NCBI GenBank assembly: GCA_951406725.2
Contig: OX597815.1
Coordinates: 118,606,001-118,670,000, forward strand
Direction of reading: 5' to 3'
Source: Octopus vulgaris
Taxonomy: Eukaryota
Length of the DNA stretch: 64,000 bases
The position numbers and the translations under genes are program-made. The notes beneath the pieces are model-generated. The model saw only the letters and a program-made list of their open reading frames with translations. It made no database searches and was not told the origin of the DNA. Positions 26,411-38,813 of this stretch are shown here, in pieces. The first letter of the stretch is position 1, and every line of letters begins with the position of its first letter.

Positions 26411-26678
26411 GGAGTAGCAATAAAAATATAAAAACTAGTGAATATCAATCGGGGCTTTGTGAAAGCTATTTTATCAGAACTTCTCATGAAGTAGATTTTA
26501 TCAATTTGATCTCCTAAGATATATTAAGGAACTCATTATCCCATTACCATCTAGCCATATTCATGCATGACTTCTTATATTTTTTCAAGTGCATGTGTGC
26601 GTCATCACAGATTCAATACAATTAAATAACATTGCTCACAGTTCAATTACAATTATTTTCTTTTGATGAATGACATTT

Positions 26679-27030
26679 AGGAGTGGCTGTGTGGTAAGTA
26701 GCTTGCTTACCAATCACATGGTTCTGGGTTCAGTCCCTCTGTGTGGCACCTTGGGCAAGTGTCTTCTACTATAGCCTCAGGCCAACCAAAACCTTAAGTA
26801 GATTTGGTAGACGGAAACTGAAAGAAGCCCGTCATGTGTGTGTATATATATATATACTTGACAACCGATGTTTGTGTATTTACATCCCTGTAACTTAGTG
26901 GTTAAGCCAAAGAGACCAATAGAATAAGTACTAGGCTTACAAAGATGAATTCCTGGGGGCGATTTGTTAGACTAACGGCAATGCTCCAGCATGACCACAA
27001 TCAAATGACAAACAAATAAAAGAATAAAGG
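26679..27030 (+). mobile_element. SINE family A
   Basis: Similarity to the 9562 copy. Confidence 0.88.
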
Positions 27031-27659
27031 AATACACTCACACATGATGGACTCTCCTGGAGACAACGTATGAGTGTTCAGCTTTTGCCTAATGACCTGT
27101 ACAGATGATTTGTTTATAGTGATCAAATGTATGTGCTGCACATTGGCTCACTCCCTTCATCAAATCGACATTGTCCAAACAGGTGCACTAATGCCAGGTA
27201 TCAAAGTAATCACAGAGCTACACGAGATGAGTTTTCCTCAAGAACACAATGCAGCACCGTCTAGGAATTGAACTCAGGAGTGATCATGGGTGCAACAACA
27301 CCCTAACCACTAAGCCATGTCCCATTGCACTGCACCTTGGACAAGTGTCAGCTACTATTTATTGCCTCAGAACAAACAAAACCTTGTGGATGGATTTGAT
27401 GAACTGAAAATGGAAGAAGTCCATCTTGCGTATATACGTGTGTGTGCATCTTATCTTTCGCTTATTTCAGTCACTAGGCAGTGGCCATGTTTGGAGCACT
27501 ACCTTGGAAGGTTTAGCTGAACAAATCAATCCCAGTACTTATTGTTTTTTTAAGTTTGGCACTTCTTAGTTATCATCATCGTTTATTCTTATTCTATCAG
27601 TCTTTTTTGTTAACCACACACAGAGTGTGAATGTTTGCACTTCTTTGTTCTCATGTCTC

Positions 27660-28290
27660 ATGAACCTTATTTTGGATTGAATAGTGCCTGGTGACCAAAA
27701 ATGGGTTCCCTATAAAAATGTTAAGACAGTGGGTAGGGAAAGGAGAAACATCAGCACCTCAGGCTAAAGAAGGTCTTCACCCATGCATGGTGTTATCTGT
27801 TTGGTGGGACATGAAAGGTTTAGTCCACTTTGAACTTTTAACCCCAAACTAAATAACAAAGAAGATCTACTGCAAGCAGCTTAAGTCAATGCTAGAAGAA
27901 AAATCTTTGGTTTCAAGACAAAAGGTGTTCTTCCATTAGGATAATAATGCTCACCACATGACATTCTGAAGGCTGGAGCAGTTTGAATGGGAAATTATGC
28001 CCACCCCACCCATATTCGCCAGACATTGCTCCATCTGCTTATTTATTTCAGTCTTCAAAATCATTTGGACAGAAAAATATGAATTCTGTAGATGTGGTCA
28101 GAACAGTACTGGAGGAGTATTTGCCATGGACAAGCGAATTTTGGAAGGGGGTGCTTGCAAGTTTACCAGATAGATGGAAGATCATTGTAGAAAATGAAGG
28201 AGAGCATATTTTAGGTTTAGAAAGAACTTTGTTTACCTTAATTTTGAAAAATAAAAGTATAAAAACCCATATTTTTATGGGATGATGTAA
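27660..28290 (+). mobile_element. Degraded mariner (DD34D) transposase catalytic region
   Basis: GDQKWV, VLSVWWDMKGLVHFELL, PYSPDIAPSAYLFQS, LPDRWKIIVENEGEHI. Confidence 0.9.
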
Positions 28291-31200
28291 TATATATAGG
28301 TAGCTGATCTTTTCATTTTCTATTGACGAAACCAAGGCATTTGTGCCCCTAAGCCCACGGTTGAGTGGTTGGTGTTAGGAAGGGCATCCAGCCATAAAAA
28401 CCGTGCCAAAAACAGACACAGAAGCATGATTCAGGCTCCTGTCTGGCCGGGTCCTGTCAAAACGTCCAACCCATGCCAGCATAGAAGGATGATGATGATG
28501 ATGAAGACTATAGCAGAAGGCACTTGCCCATGGAGCTGAGCAGTGTGACTGAATCCAAGACCACATGGTTGGAAAGCAAGCTTCTTAAACATGTATGAAT
28601 ATACATGCCCACATGCAAAAGATACAAAAATATTCATATCATTTAACTAGGCTCATTTAGATACTTTTACACAAAATTGGGTTGGCTTATCTTTTAAAAG
28701 GCGTCTATGTTTCCATATTTTGCCTTACTTTTTGATCAGCTATTGTTTCTTTACAAAAATATTTATCAATGAATAAATATTATGAGCAAAGTTTCACCAG
28801 ATAAAACTTAAGAAGTCAATGTTCCCTCTGATATAAGACTGAAAGAGTGCAAAGATGTTTTTGTTTTCAAACTGTTTTCAAATGATTCCAATGTACAAGG
28901 TTGTTTCAGTTATCTTTGTGACACAATGTAGACTAGTGATTCTTACCCTGGAATTGGGGAAGAACTCACAAAGGGGGAGCAACGGTCAGGAGAGGAATGG
29001 TCTGAGTGGGGTTTTTTTTTGAGGGGTGGGGTCTATTCTTCTAAACAGCCAAGCTAAGATTTAACTAGATTTTTAAAATATTTTTGGAAGTCCACTTAGG
29101 ATTCAAGCAGTTTTTTTTTTTTAGATGTAACCACTGGCATTTCATGTCAGTGGCCAATACTTGGAAAGAACCATGTAATAAAATAAAAGATCTGCTAGGA
29201 AGAAGAAGCTCATTGGATAACAAAATTTGAAGAGAAAAATATGGCTATAATAAACATTTATAAAAGGATTACCAAGCTCTGTGTATCTTAGAATGTAAAC
29301 ATAAACCCAGTATTTAAAGTTATTTGTAAAGCAGTAATATATGTGCTTGGTTCCTATTCTTGTGTTTTTGTCTTGCAGATCAAATGGAATAAAAATATGA
29401 AGTCAACAAAGCTACAAAAGAGGTTGTTCTTTTTTAATTTTCTACACTTTTGTTCTATTTCTGCCGAAATACATTGCCTTTGTTTCAATTTTAAGAATAA
29501 TGAATTAATTTGATAAGATAACTCGGTATGAAGGTGGTGTTTGGAACAAATATGAAAATTTGATAGGTTTTAATTTTAGATCACTTTTATGGAATATTGC
29601 ATCATAGAACCCAAGAGCTGTCTCATCAGTATCAAAGGGGTTAAACAGCACCTGTTGCTATGAAGGAATCGCTACATATTTAATGATGTGAAAATCAGCA
29701 ACTGACATGTATGTACGAGACGACATGCAGTAATGAGATAAAACATTTTTTGTTAGGCTGAATGGAGACTGTTGCAACTAAGGTGTAAATATAATAGCAA
29801 ACAGGTTACCCACTTTTCTCAATTGGTGAAGTCGATGTTTTTTTTTTTCCACTTCTTCCTTTTACAGAATTCATATTATTCCTATTAAACTATATTGTAA
29901 CAGAACGAGATCTTGTTACTCTGTTGCTCCATTTATATAGGAAGGAGAAATCATTTCCTTCTTAAAAGTATATCTCAACTTTCAGGTTTTGCTAAGTAAA
30001 GATTTTTTTTTTTTTAAGATTTTGTATAAATATTGGTTTAAAATTTTGGCACAACGCCAGCAATTTCAGAGAAGGGGCTAAGTTGATTACAACAACCCCA
30101 ATGCTGAACTGGAACTACCATGAAGCATTTTGCCCAACAAACTAACAAACATTTTTGCCAGCTCCCATTCATAAGATTTTGAACAAATATAAAGCATTGA
30201 ATATATTTAACTTTTTTTTCTCATTTTCAATACTAATTTTCAATACTAATTTTGTTTTCCTATAAAAAAATAAAGAACAAATAATCTTTGTAGTCAAGCT
30301 CACATATTAAAATCAGTGCACCAAATTTGGCCAGACTATAATGGTTTAAGTATTTACATAAATTCTAAGTTTGTTTCACATGAATTTTCATGACTGGGAA
30401 GATATAATTGAACTTATAAACACACTCACTAGTTGTTTGTCTATATTTTACTTCTTTTTGAAAGCAATTGAAAAATATTTTCCCAATATTTTTTCACTTT
30501 CATTATGTCCAACATGGCGGTCTTGGAACATCATGCTCCTTTAACAGGTTTTCCATGCTGGACATGGGTCGGACAGTTTGACCGGAGCTAGCAAGCTGGA
30601 GAGCTGCACCAATGTCTTGGTTCCTACTGCTGGATGTGCTTCCTAACATTAACCACTTTACAGTGTGTGCTTTTAATGTGTCACTGCACAAGCACTTTAA
30701 TGCAAAACCGCAAGCACTTTTTGTGACACCAGCACAAGATTTGCAATCCATCGTTACTGCAGATCACATATAGGTGCTTGGTGCATAAAAGAACACACAC
30801 ACACAGATCATAGATGAGAATTGTCTGTGATGAGCAGCAGAATTTCCATATGTGATTTCATTCTACAAGAAAACAGTGAAAAGCATCGTCACCACATGCC
30901 TATCAAATCTCACTGCTACAATATATAAAATACCAGCATCTTTTAAGACATTAGTATTGCAAATAGCCAGCAGATTTAGAAAAAAAATTTCATTATTACT
31001 GATGGAATGAGTATTCACTAGATGCTTCTCACTGGTGATTTCCAGGAGAATGAAATTGTAATATGGGAATTTTGGTACACATGACAGGCAATTCTTATCT
31101 GATTTGTGTGTTCTTTTAGGTACCAAGTGCCAATATGAGGGGAGCTAACAAGGCTGATAACACAGTATTCAGTATTCTAACAACACATTCATGTTAAGTT

Positions 31201-32364
31201 GGATTTAATAGTTATCATATGCAGTTTTCATAGTCACAGAAGTGACCATGTTTAGAAGATTGCTACCCAACCAAGAGGTTTCAGGTTCCAACCTACTGTG
31301 CAGCAGCTTCACAAGTGTCTTCTGCTGTAGCCAGAGGCCACTCAGACTTGTGGCTGAATTTGGTAGATGAAAACTATAGGAAAGCTATGTGTGCATATTG
31401 TTCAAAATCCGTTATGTTGCAAAAATAAATAAATAAATTGGTCTGTTCATAGGCTTTTATATTGCCTTCCTAAATACCAAATATTAAACAATCATTTTAT
31501 TGTTTAAAAACTATGTCAGAAATTTTATATATATATATATATATATTAGATCATTAAGATTAAAATGAAACTAAGGCATAATAGTAAACTACATGGGTAG
31601 CAGTCAAATTTTTCGTTCAAGTGTCTTTTATAACCCAATATTTGCATGTTTATTTTATATATAGCTTCATCTATTTAAGTTCCACTGTTCAAAAATTGTG
31701 TGTATGCACATGCACTGTAAACCACACAAAACGTTTAGCTCAGTAGTGACCCTCACTCAACCAGTATAATCTTTTTCTTTAAATTCATTTAACCTAAACA
31801 CAGTATTATTTCTAGTGGGAAGTTAAAAAGGGGAAGAGATTAGTAGAGAAAATCTTTCTTCAAAATAATATTCAGCTACAGCATTACATCATAGCCTTGA
31901 TGATGATGATAGTTTTGTTGAATGCTGCTGATTGGAAGAAGGATTTTAACACAATTGCAGTAGTGGTTTTGCTAATGTGGTAGGGATACTTGTACATATA
32001 ATAACTAAACTAAAAGGTTAAAAAGTAAGCCAATATCTAGAGCTGCTACATGCAGTAATAATACATAAAGGGCAGGCAGTGGAGCAAGACATGCAGTGAA
32101 GCATCTGACAATATTGTTTTCACTTAATAGACAGCTCAGATTTAAAGTTAGTAGAGTTTAAATGAAAAGGTGCCAATCTTGAGTACCAGTTCAGTAACTA
32201 TTTAGGTCATAAAACCCGGTAAATTTTTATGCCAGTTGAAATACACACATACACACAAAGGAGAGCAGTTAATGGAATAGCTTTACATATCAAAAATCAG
32301 CAATCAATTACTACAGTTAAGTATATACATTAAACCTAATTTATATACACTAAGCCTATAAATT

Positions 32365-33015
32365 TAACTGGCTATATCTAGTCAAAATATTGTACCTGCC
32401 TCATGTTCAAACTGGCTAGATCCAGCCTTGAACATCTACCCCTACAATGTTATTCTAAAAGTATAAACAATCACATCATCAATTGATATCTCAAAGCAAC
32501 AAGATAATTCATGATTAATTTAAAGCAATATGAATAAATATATTTCACAGAAAAATCTGAATGCTAATGGGTTAAATACCACAGCATTTAATACATTTTG
32601 ATACCAACCCATCTGAGATCACTAATGGTTCTGGTGCAAATTTACTGTTTCAAAGTGATTTAACCTTTTAGCATTCAAATTACTCAATCAAATGTAATGC
32701 TTATTTACTCATATTGTCTTGAATTAAACATGCATCGTCTTGTAGCTTTGAGATTTCAATGTAATTGTCCCTTTTTAGAATAGCATTGTAAGGTATGTAT
32801 AAAAGTCCAGATTTGGCCATTTTAAACATAAATGTGGGATATTTTGACCCAGATATGACCAGTTTAAATGCTAAATTTAAACTTTCCATCAAAATGTCAT
32901 GTTAACTTATGCAAACACCAGCTTAAGTTATTTCATTAAATTCTTCATTGTATTAATAATTGACAAACACAAAGCAAGTGCATTTCAACATAAATATAGC
33001 AATAAATATGTTAAA
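32365..33015. mobile_element. Cluster of piggyBac-type (TTAA-flanked) MITEs, partly nested
   Basis: Ends ttaaccttttagcatt / aatgctaatgggttaa; related to 56232-56726 and 29430-29645. Confidence 0.65.
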
Positions 33016-33662
33016 TCCTGAGCTTATTCTAATATCATAGTCATGCTTCTATGACTTAAGGTTACTAGCACACTTGATTCTGTAGACAAAACCTGTAAGG
33101 AAACTAAATCCTAGATACCTAAACCATTTTACCCCTCCAGTTAAGTATAAACTTGAGCTGCAGAGATATAGTTTTCATAGAGACAACAAAATGCTCACAA
33201 TAGGATAAGGAATATTGACCACCATGAAGGCTAACAACTTGAACTTTTCACCTCTTAGTATGTGAAAATACTGAAAATGTAATTATGCTGAAAGCTTTAT
33301 TAGAATTAACTTTACGACAGCATCTTCATATTTATTAAAAATTCACAGGTTCTCTCAAATGGTTACTAAAAAGATATAGCAAAGAAATATGAATGGGTAT
33401 AGAGAGAACTAGTTGAAGAGCAACATTATTAAGCAGAATAACTAAATGTAAGAGAAAAATTAAATCCAAAGCCAAAACAGTTCAAACTAGAAGCATGCAG
33501 AGAGAAGTGTATATATATATGTATGTGTGTATACACACACACATATAAAAAGACGTATATATAGAGAGACAGAGAGAGAGAGCAGAAGGAAGAAGGAGCC
33601 AGGACAGAATAAGCTGTATTGACTAAACATTCTACATGGGAGAAAAGTTGAGTTTCACTTAC

Positions 33663-33684
33663 CCCATTGTTTTATTTAAAAGGG
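33663..33684 (-). CDS. Candidate alternative start exon of the innexin (ATG GG|), either the 3' end of a first exon or a 22-nt internal exon
   Basis: cctaaccag|cccttttaaataaaacaATGGG|gtaagtg: consensus donor, phase 2, good initiation context; gives MGVWG or MGWVWG. Confidence 0.5.
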
Positions 33685-34564
33685 CTGGTTAGGATTGAGT
33701 GTATACAGATATTTCCCTAACTGTTAGAAAAATAACTAATTAAAATTCATGATAAAATAAAGACTATAATAACTTAGTAATTAAACATTTCAAGTCTTAT
33801 TTCTTACATCTACTATAGAGTGCAAAAAATAACTATTACATTATAAATATAACACCAGCTGAAATAAAAGCAATAAGCCTATCTGCTGGAGAAGTGTTGA
33901 CTTGGTGTTATAATTGAAGCGTTTTGCAATGATATTCCTTTAATATCCATCAACCTCTCTGACTTATTTTACACACTTGAGCTTTTTGAATTTCTGATTG
34001 TGTAAACTTCAATAACCAACTGTCTCAACACCAGAAACCAAGACTAATGATTGATTCTAAGAAACAGAAGCATCTGATAGAATATGTTTTGCAGCATTTA
34101 TTCTGGCTCTCTGCACATTGAGTTCAAGTCCCAAGATCAACTTCACTTCTTTTCAGATTACCAGTCAAGTGATGGGATTAATTCTCTCTTTGGAAGAAGT
34201 CAATTATGACCTGGAGAAAGATGGGCACAGCCCTATTGTAATAAGCCAAACATCTTCCTAAAATATATCTTTAATATATTTCAAAACATACTACTGGAAT
34301 ATCTTTGTCAAATCTCTTTTAGATAAGCTTTCAGAATTATTGAACCTCCAGTGATTTTCCTTGGTTACTTTGGTAATTCAAGACTTTTGTTTTCCTGCAA
34401 CTAACACTAAATTTTCCTACACAAATGAATCAGGTATTCCTGTTCAAAAAAGAAATACCAAGATTGGACTACAAATAATGAATTACATCACTTTTCAAGA
34501 CTAACACCCCATCAACTTTTTTTTTTTCAATTTGTTTAACTAACTCAACTAAAAACATACCTAC

Positions 34565-34750
34565 ATCATCATCATCATCGTTTAGCGTCCGTTTTCCATG
34601 CTAGCATGGGTTGGACGGGTCAGCTGGGGTCTGTGAAGCTGGAAGGCTTCGTCAGGCCCAGTCAGATCTGGCAGTGTTTCTACGGCTGGATGCCCTTCCT
34701 AACGCCAACCACTCCGCGAGTGTAGTGGGTGTTTTTTACGTGCCACCTGC
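34565..34750 (-). mobile_element. RTE-related 3'-end fragment with (GAT)n tail
   Basis: Similar to 23860-23995 and 28365-28505 (ggaagggcatccag..ccgtccaacccatgc). Confidence 0.75.
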
Positions 34751-37700
34751 ACATATTTTTTTATTCACAAGTAAAATTTCTATTTTGGGCCTAGACCATC
34801 ATTCAATTTTTGAAAATGTGCTACTTTACAAAATTCATCTGGGAACTCCAGTTCAGAGCAACTATATTCCTTTACTGAGGTTACAGTGTAGGACTCATGA
34901 TCATAAGTTTGTGGTTTTGATTCCCAGTCTGGGCAATGCATTGTGTTCTTGAGTAAAACACTTCATTTCACATTGCTCCAGTCCACTCATCTATCAAAAA
35001 TGATTGTGTGATGGACTGGCGTCCTGTCCAAGGAGGAATATATATGCTAGAGAAGCCAGCCCAATGCTCCTTACAGAGCAATGTGGACTAACCAATATTC
35101 CTTTATTACTACTAAGTTATTACTATTACCAGCTTTATAACAGATTTAGGTTGTACCTTTAAACTTTATGATTGATTGATTCTAGTTTCAGCTTATGAGC
35201 TGTGGCCATGCTGGGGCACCGCCATTTATAAAAAGAAATTAAAAACAAAAAACCCACCACCACTCATAAAATACATCCAAAATATTTCCTCTGCACAGAC
35301 GCCATATATAGAAATATTAACACTTTATTAAACTTTCTAAACACCAACTAGAACCAAATACAATTTTGTATGACAATCTAGAGAAACTCTGCAATATTCA
35401 AGCATTACTGAAAAGGTATAATATATACGTAATGCCCCTTTACAATCTAATCTCAGTATTTATTTTTTTTTTAAATGTCTTCTACTCATGAAAATGAATT
35501 CCACACATTTTGCAAAGTGACCTCATCAACTGGTTATGAAATTATTCAGATAATCTACAAATGTTGATTAATAATAATCTAACGGTCAAATTTCTGATTC
35601 ATTCAAATGAATATTTCTCTGTCTTTCCAATTTAAATTCATCTAATCTTGTAAAATTGTTGTCCTTGAACACCCACACTTGAACTGGAGAGAGGTCAGGG
35701 AAAATGGAAAGCAGGTTTAGTTTGAGTGTATAACAAAAACTCAAATTATAATTTCATCATTTTATGTCCACATTCCATGCTGACGTGGCTTGGATAATTT
35801 GGCATGACAGGTCTTACATTAAGTACACCATTTGCCTTTCATTGATCTTTATTAGAAAGTGTTCTTCAAATTTCATCAGAAATTACTAGTTTCTCGCCAG
35901 AGAAATAATTCAAGATTTAATATTTCCTCATGGAATGTTGTCTAAAGTAAGAAATCTACTTCTACAATACTTTAAAGCTTTGGACTAAATACAGTGCACA
36001 TATGTAAGCAAGCATGTGTACATCTGAAAGTCTAGCAATAGTAACCTTCATACTGGAAATTAGGTCTAAGTTTGAAATTAATATAGTAGTATCTCTTTGC
36101 CAATAACATATAGGTTTAATTCTTCTCTAAAAATGTCAGTCTCAGGATTTTAAAAATTAAGTTCATGAGACTAAATAAATAGCAAACTTCCCAGACACAG
36201 CCTTCAATAAAATCAAATTATTTTATTGTTACTTTTTTGTAAAAGTTCTTTCTGCTTTTCAAACTAGATTGACTTCTTTGCAATGGCTAAAGCAGGAAGA
36301 AGCAATTTATCTGAACTGGAAAAATGAATTCAGTTGTATCTACTATGACACCTATCAACCTTGACGACCTGAATATGTGACATTATGATTTCAAAATAGA
36401 AAAACGCAATGTTTAATGAATAGCCTAAGACAATGAATGCTAAAAGTTTATAAGCACAAGTTGCATGAAAAACAAAATAACTATTTAGCTTAGGTACTAG
36501 AAGACATCAACACATAAACGACAACTTAAGAAATTAAAAAGAACTCTGCAGAGAAACAGAATTATCCATTTTCAGTTCGCCTAGCTTGTAAATATCTTAA
36601 AAGGTCTCTCCCAAGATTATGTAGGACTCGTAGTTCTTCGTATAATATTAGTTCATAAGCTGTTTTGGTGCATCACATATTCCTCAGTAAACTTGATGAA
36701 ATGCTGGAGAAAACAATCTAAACTTGTATTTGAAAACATCCAATTCTTCATGCAAAAAGTATTGCTGGCTGGTTGTGTTGTTAAGAAACGCTCTCTGCAA
36801 ACTATGATTTCGTGTTCGATTCTTCTTTTCAGTACCACAGGTAATTGTTCATGCCAGCCTAGGTCAAACAAGGTCTTGTGAAATTTGGTAGACAGAACAA
36901 TTTGAACGAAACAATTGTTGCATTCAGTAAATGAAATAGTGAGTAGTGAAAAGTAGTCGTTCATAGTGAAAGAAGTTCGTAGTGAAGTAGTTCAAAGTGA
37001 AAGTAGTTCAAAATGAAAGAATTCATTCATATTGAAGACCTCATAGTGAAACTGTCTGTCATTCATTCATGAAAATAAGTCATTACATATAAAAGGTTGT
37101 AGTATTGTACTTTCATTTTCTCGCTGTTTCGATCAGTAAAGTAGCACGCAAATATCATATCATATCTTTAAAAAGTGTTAAACATTTCAAATTATACACA
37201 AACGTTGTTTTGGACTTCCTTAACATTTGCCAAAGAACTTTTTCAATTTAAATACATTTTCAGCATTCAACAGTCGGGAAAACACCATTCCAAGTTTTCA
37301 TGAACTTAACTGGGACAATAATAATAATGCTTTCATTGAATAAGAGCATACCTACAGTTTTAGCCCATAATCACCAACTTTGTTTCTTCGTAATTCAATG
37401 AAAAATGGTAATTTCTTAATGAAATTTTGCAAAGACGTATTTTAAGAAAAACAAAATTTTTAGCAGTTTCGGATCATTCTCACCTATTTTCGACAGTTTC
37501 CACATAACTCATTAAAATGTACATTTTGAAATGAAGTTTGCAGAAATAAGTTTTCAAGGATATTATAATTATATTGATAACATTTAAAAGAAAAATTGAA
37601 TATTAATAATGCCTGAAGGAAATTGATCCGAAAGTAAAAAGAAAAGCACCCAGTACACTCAAAATTTTGAGTTAGGCCGTATTCAGCCCATACAAACTAT

Positions 37701-38317
37701 GCCAAAGCAGACGTTGGAGTTTGACGCAGTCTTCTGGTTCATCAATCCTATCCAAACCGTGTCTACATGGAGGATGGACATTAACTGATGATTTTTATCA
37801 GCATAGTTGTAATTCACACACTCCAAAACTTATCCCTGCATAGTTTCATTAATAAATATGAAGAAACAAAGTCGGGGAGACATGAAACTGTAGCTAAATC
37901 ACAGAATATGCATAACTTTCAAGAGTATTCTACAGAGACGACGGGAATTGTGAGGAAACCGTTCGGAGCAACCGTTCGCATTCTTGGGCAGGCAGCAGAC
38001 TTAATCTGTCGCTCAATTTAACATCGCATCTGGCCTTGGAGTACCTTTAAAGAAGTCCGATAATTTACTCCGTTTCAGTAGCTTTAAGAGAAATGTTAAC
38101 CTTCTTCCTCGCACTGAACAATCAAAAACATTAATAAAGTTTTAAAAATATCTCAATAGATAGTGCATGCATGCAACAGCAAAGCTTGCCTTATGTACCA
38201 GGAATTATTCTGGTTTATCAAATATTACGAATGGAATATTTTTGGCAAAAGAGAGCTGAACATAACTCTAAATTAAACAAAATAGTGACAAAGAAAAAAA
38301 AAAAGAAAACTACTTAC

Positions 38318-38323
38318 TGACTC
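38318..38323 (-). CDS. Candidate 6-nt innexin microexon (GAGTCA), phase 2-2, adds Ser-Gln
   Basis: ttttcatttttctgttatatcttttcctcag|GAGTCA|gtaagtagttttc: textbook acceptor and donor; no other AG for about 160 nt upstream. Confidence 0.75.
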
Positions 38324-38472
38324 CTGAGGAAAAGATATAACAGAAAAATGAAAATTTAAATCATTTTCGCATATAAGAACCGCAAGTTGAAAAATAATGA
38401 TGAAACAAGAGTAGAAAATATATAATTATTAATTCAATTGATGATTAAATTATATTAAAGCGTTAATATTTG

Positions 38473-38813
38473 AAATGGTTAATATCTAGATCCGCACCCG
38501 GTTGGAAAAATGGAAACGAAAATGTGTAACAGTTGTAAGGCATCGTATATTGACGGAATAAGACGTAAAAAAAGCGCGCTGACAAACGGGGGGGTTGGGT
38601 TGGGGGGGAGGGGGGGAGGGAAATTCCCAGGATCAACCGTAGAGGATCCACGCCCAGGTCCGCCCGTTTGTCAGCGCGCTTTTTTTCCGTCTTATTTCGT
38701 CAATATACGATGCCTTACAACTGTTACACATTTTCGTTTCCATTTTTCCCACCGGGTGCGGATCTAGATATTAACCATTTTCCCACCGGGTGCGGATCTA
38801 GATATTAACCATT
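38473..38813. mobile_element. MITE-like foldback: about 118-bp inverted arms (38473-38590 / 38663-38780), G-rich loop, 33-bp duplicated end
   Basis: aaatggttaatatctagatccgcacccggt..cgcgctgacaaacggg / cccgtttgtcagcgcg..accgggtgcggatctagatattaaccattt. Confidence 0.9.

Noticed and set aside
28941-28962. ttcttccccaattccag|G|gtaaga, a 1-nt exon or recursive splice site
   Set aside because: It would frameshift the innexin and is not a true AG|GT ratchet point
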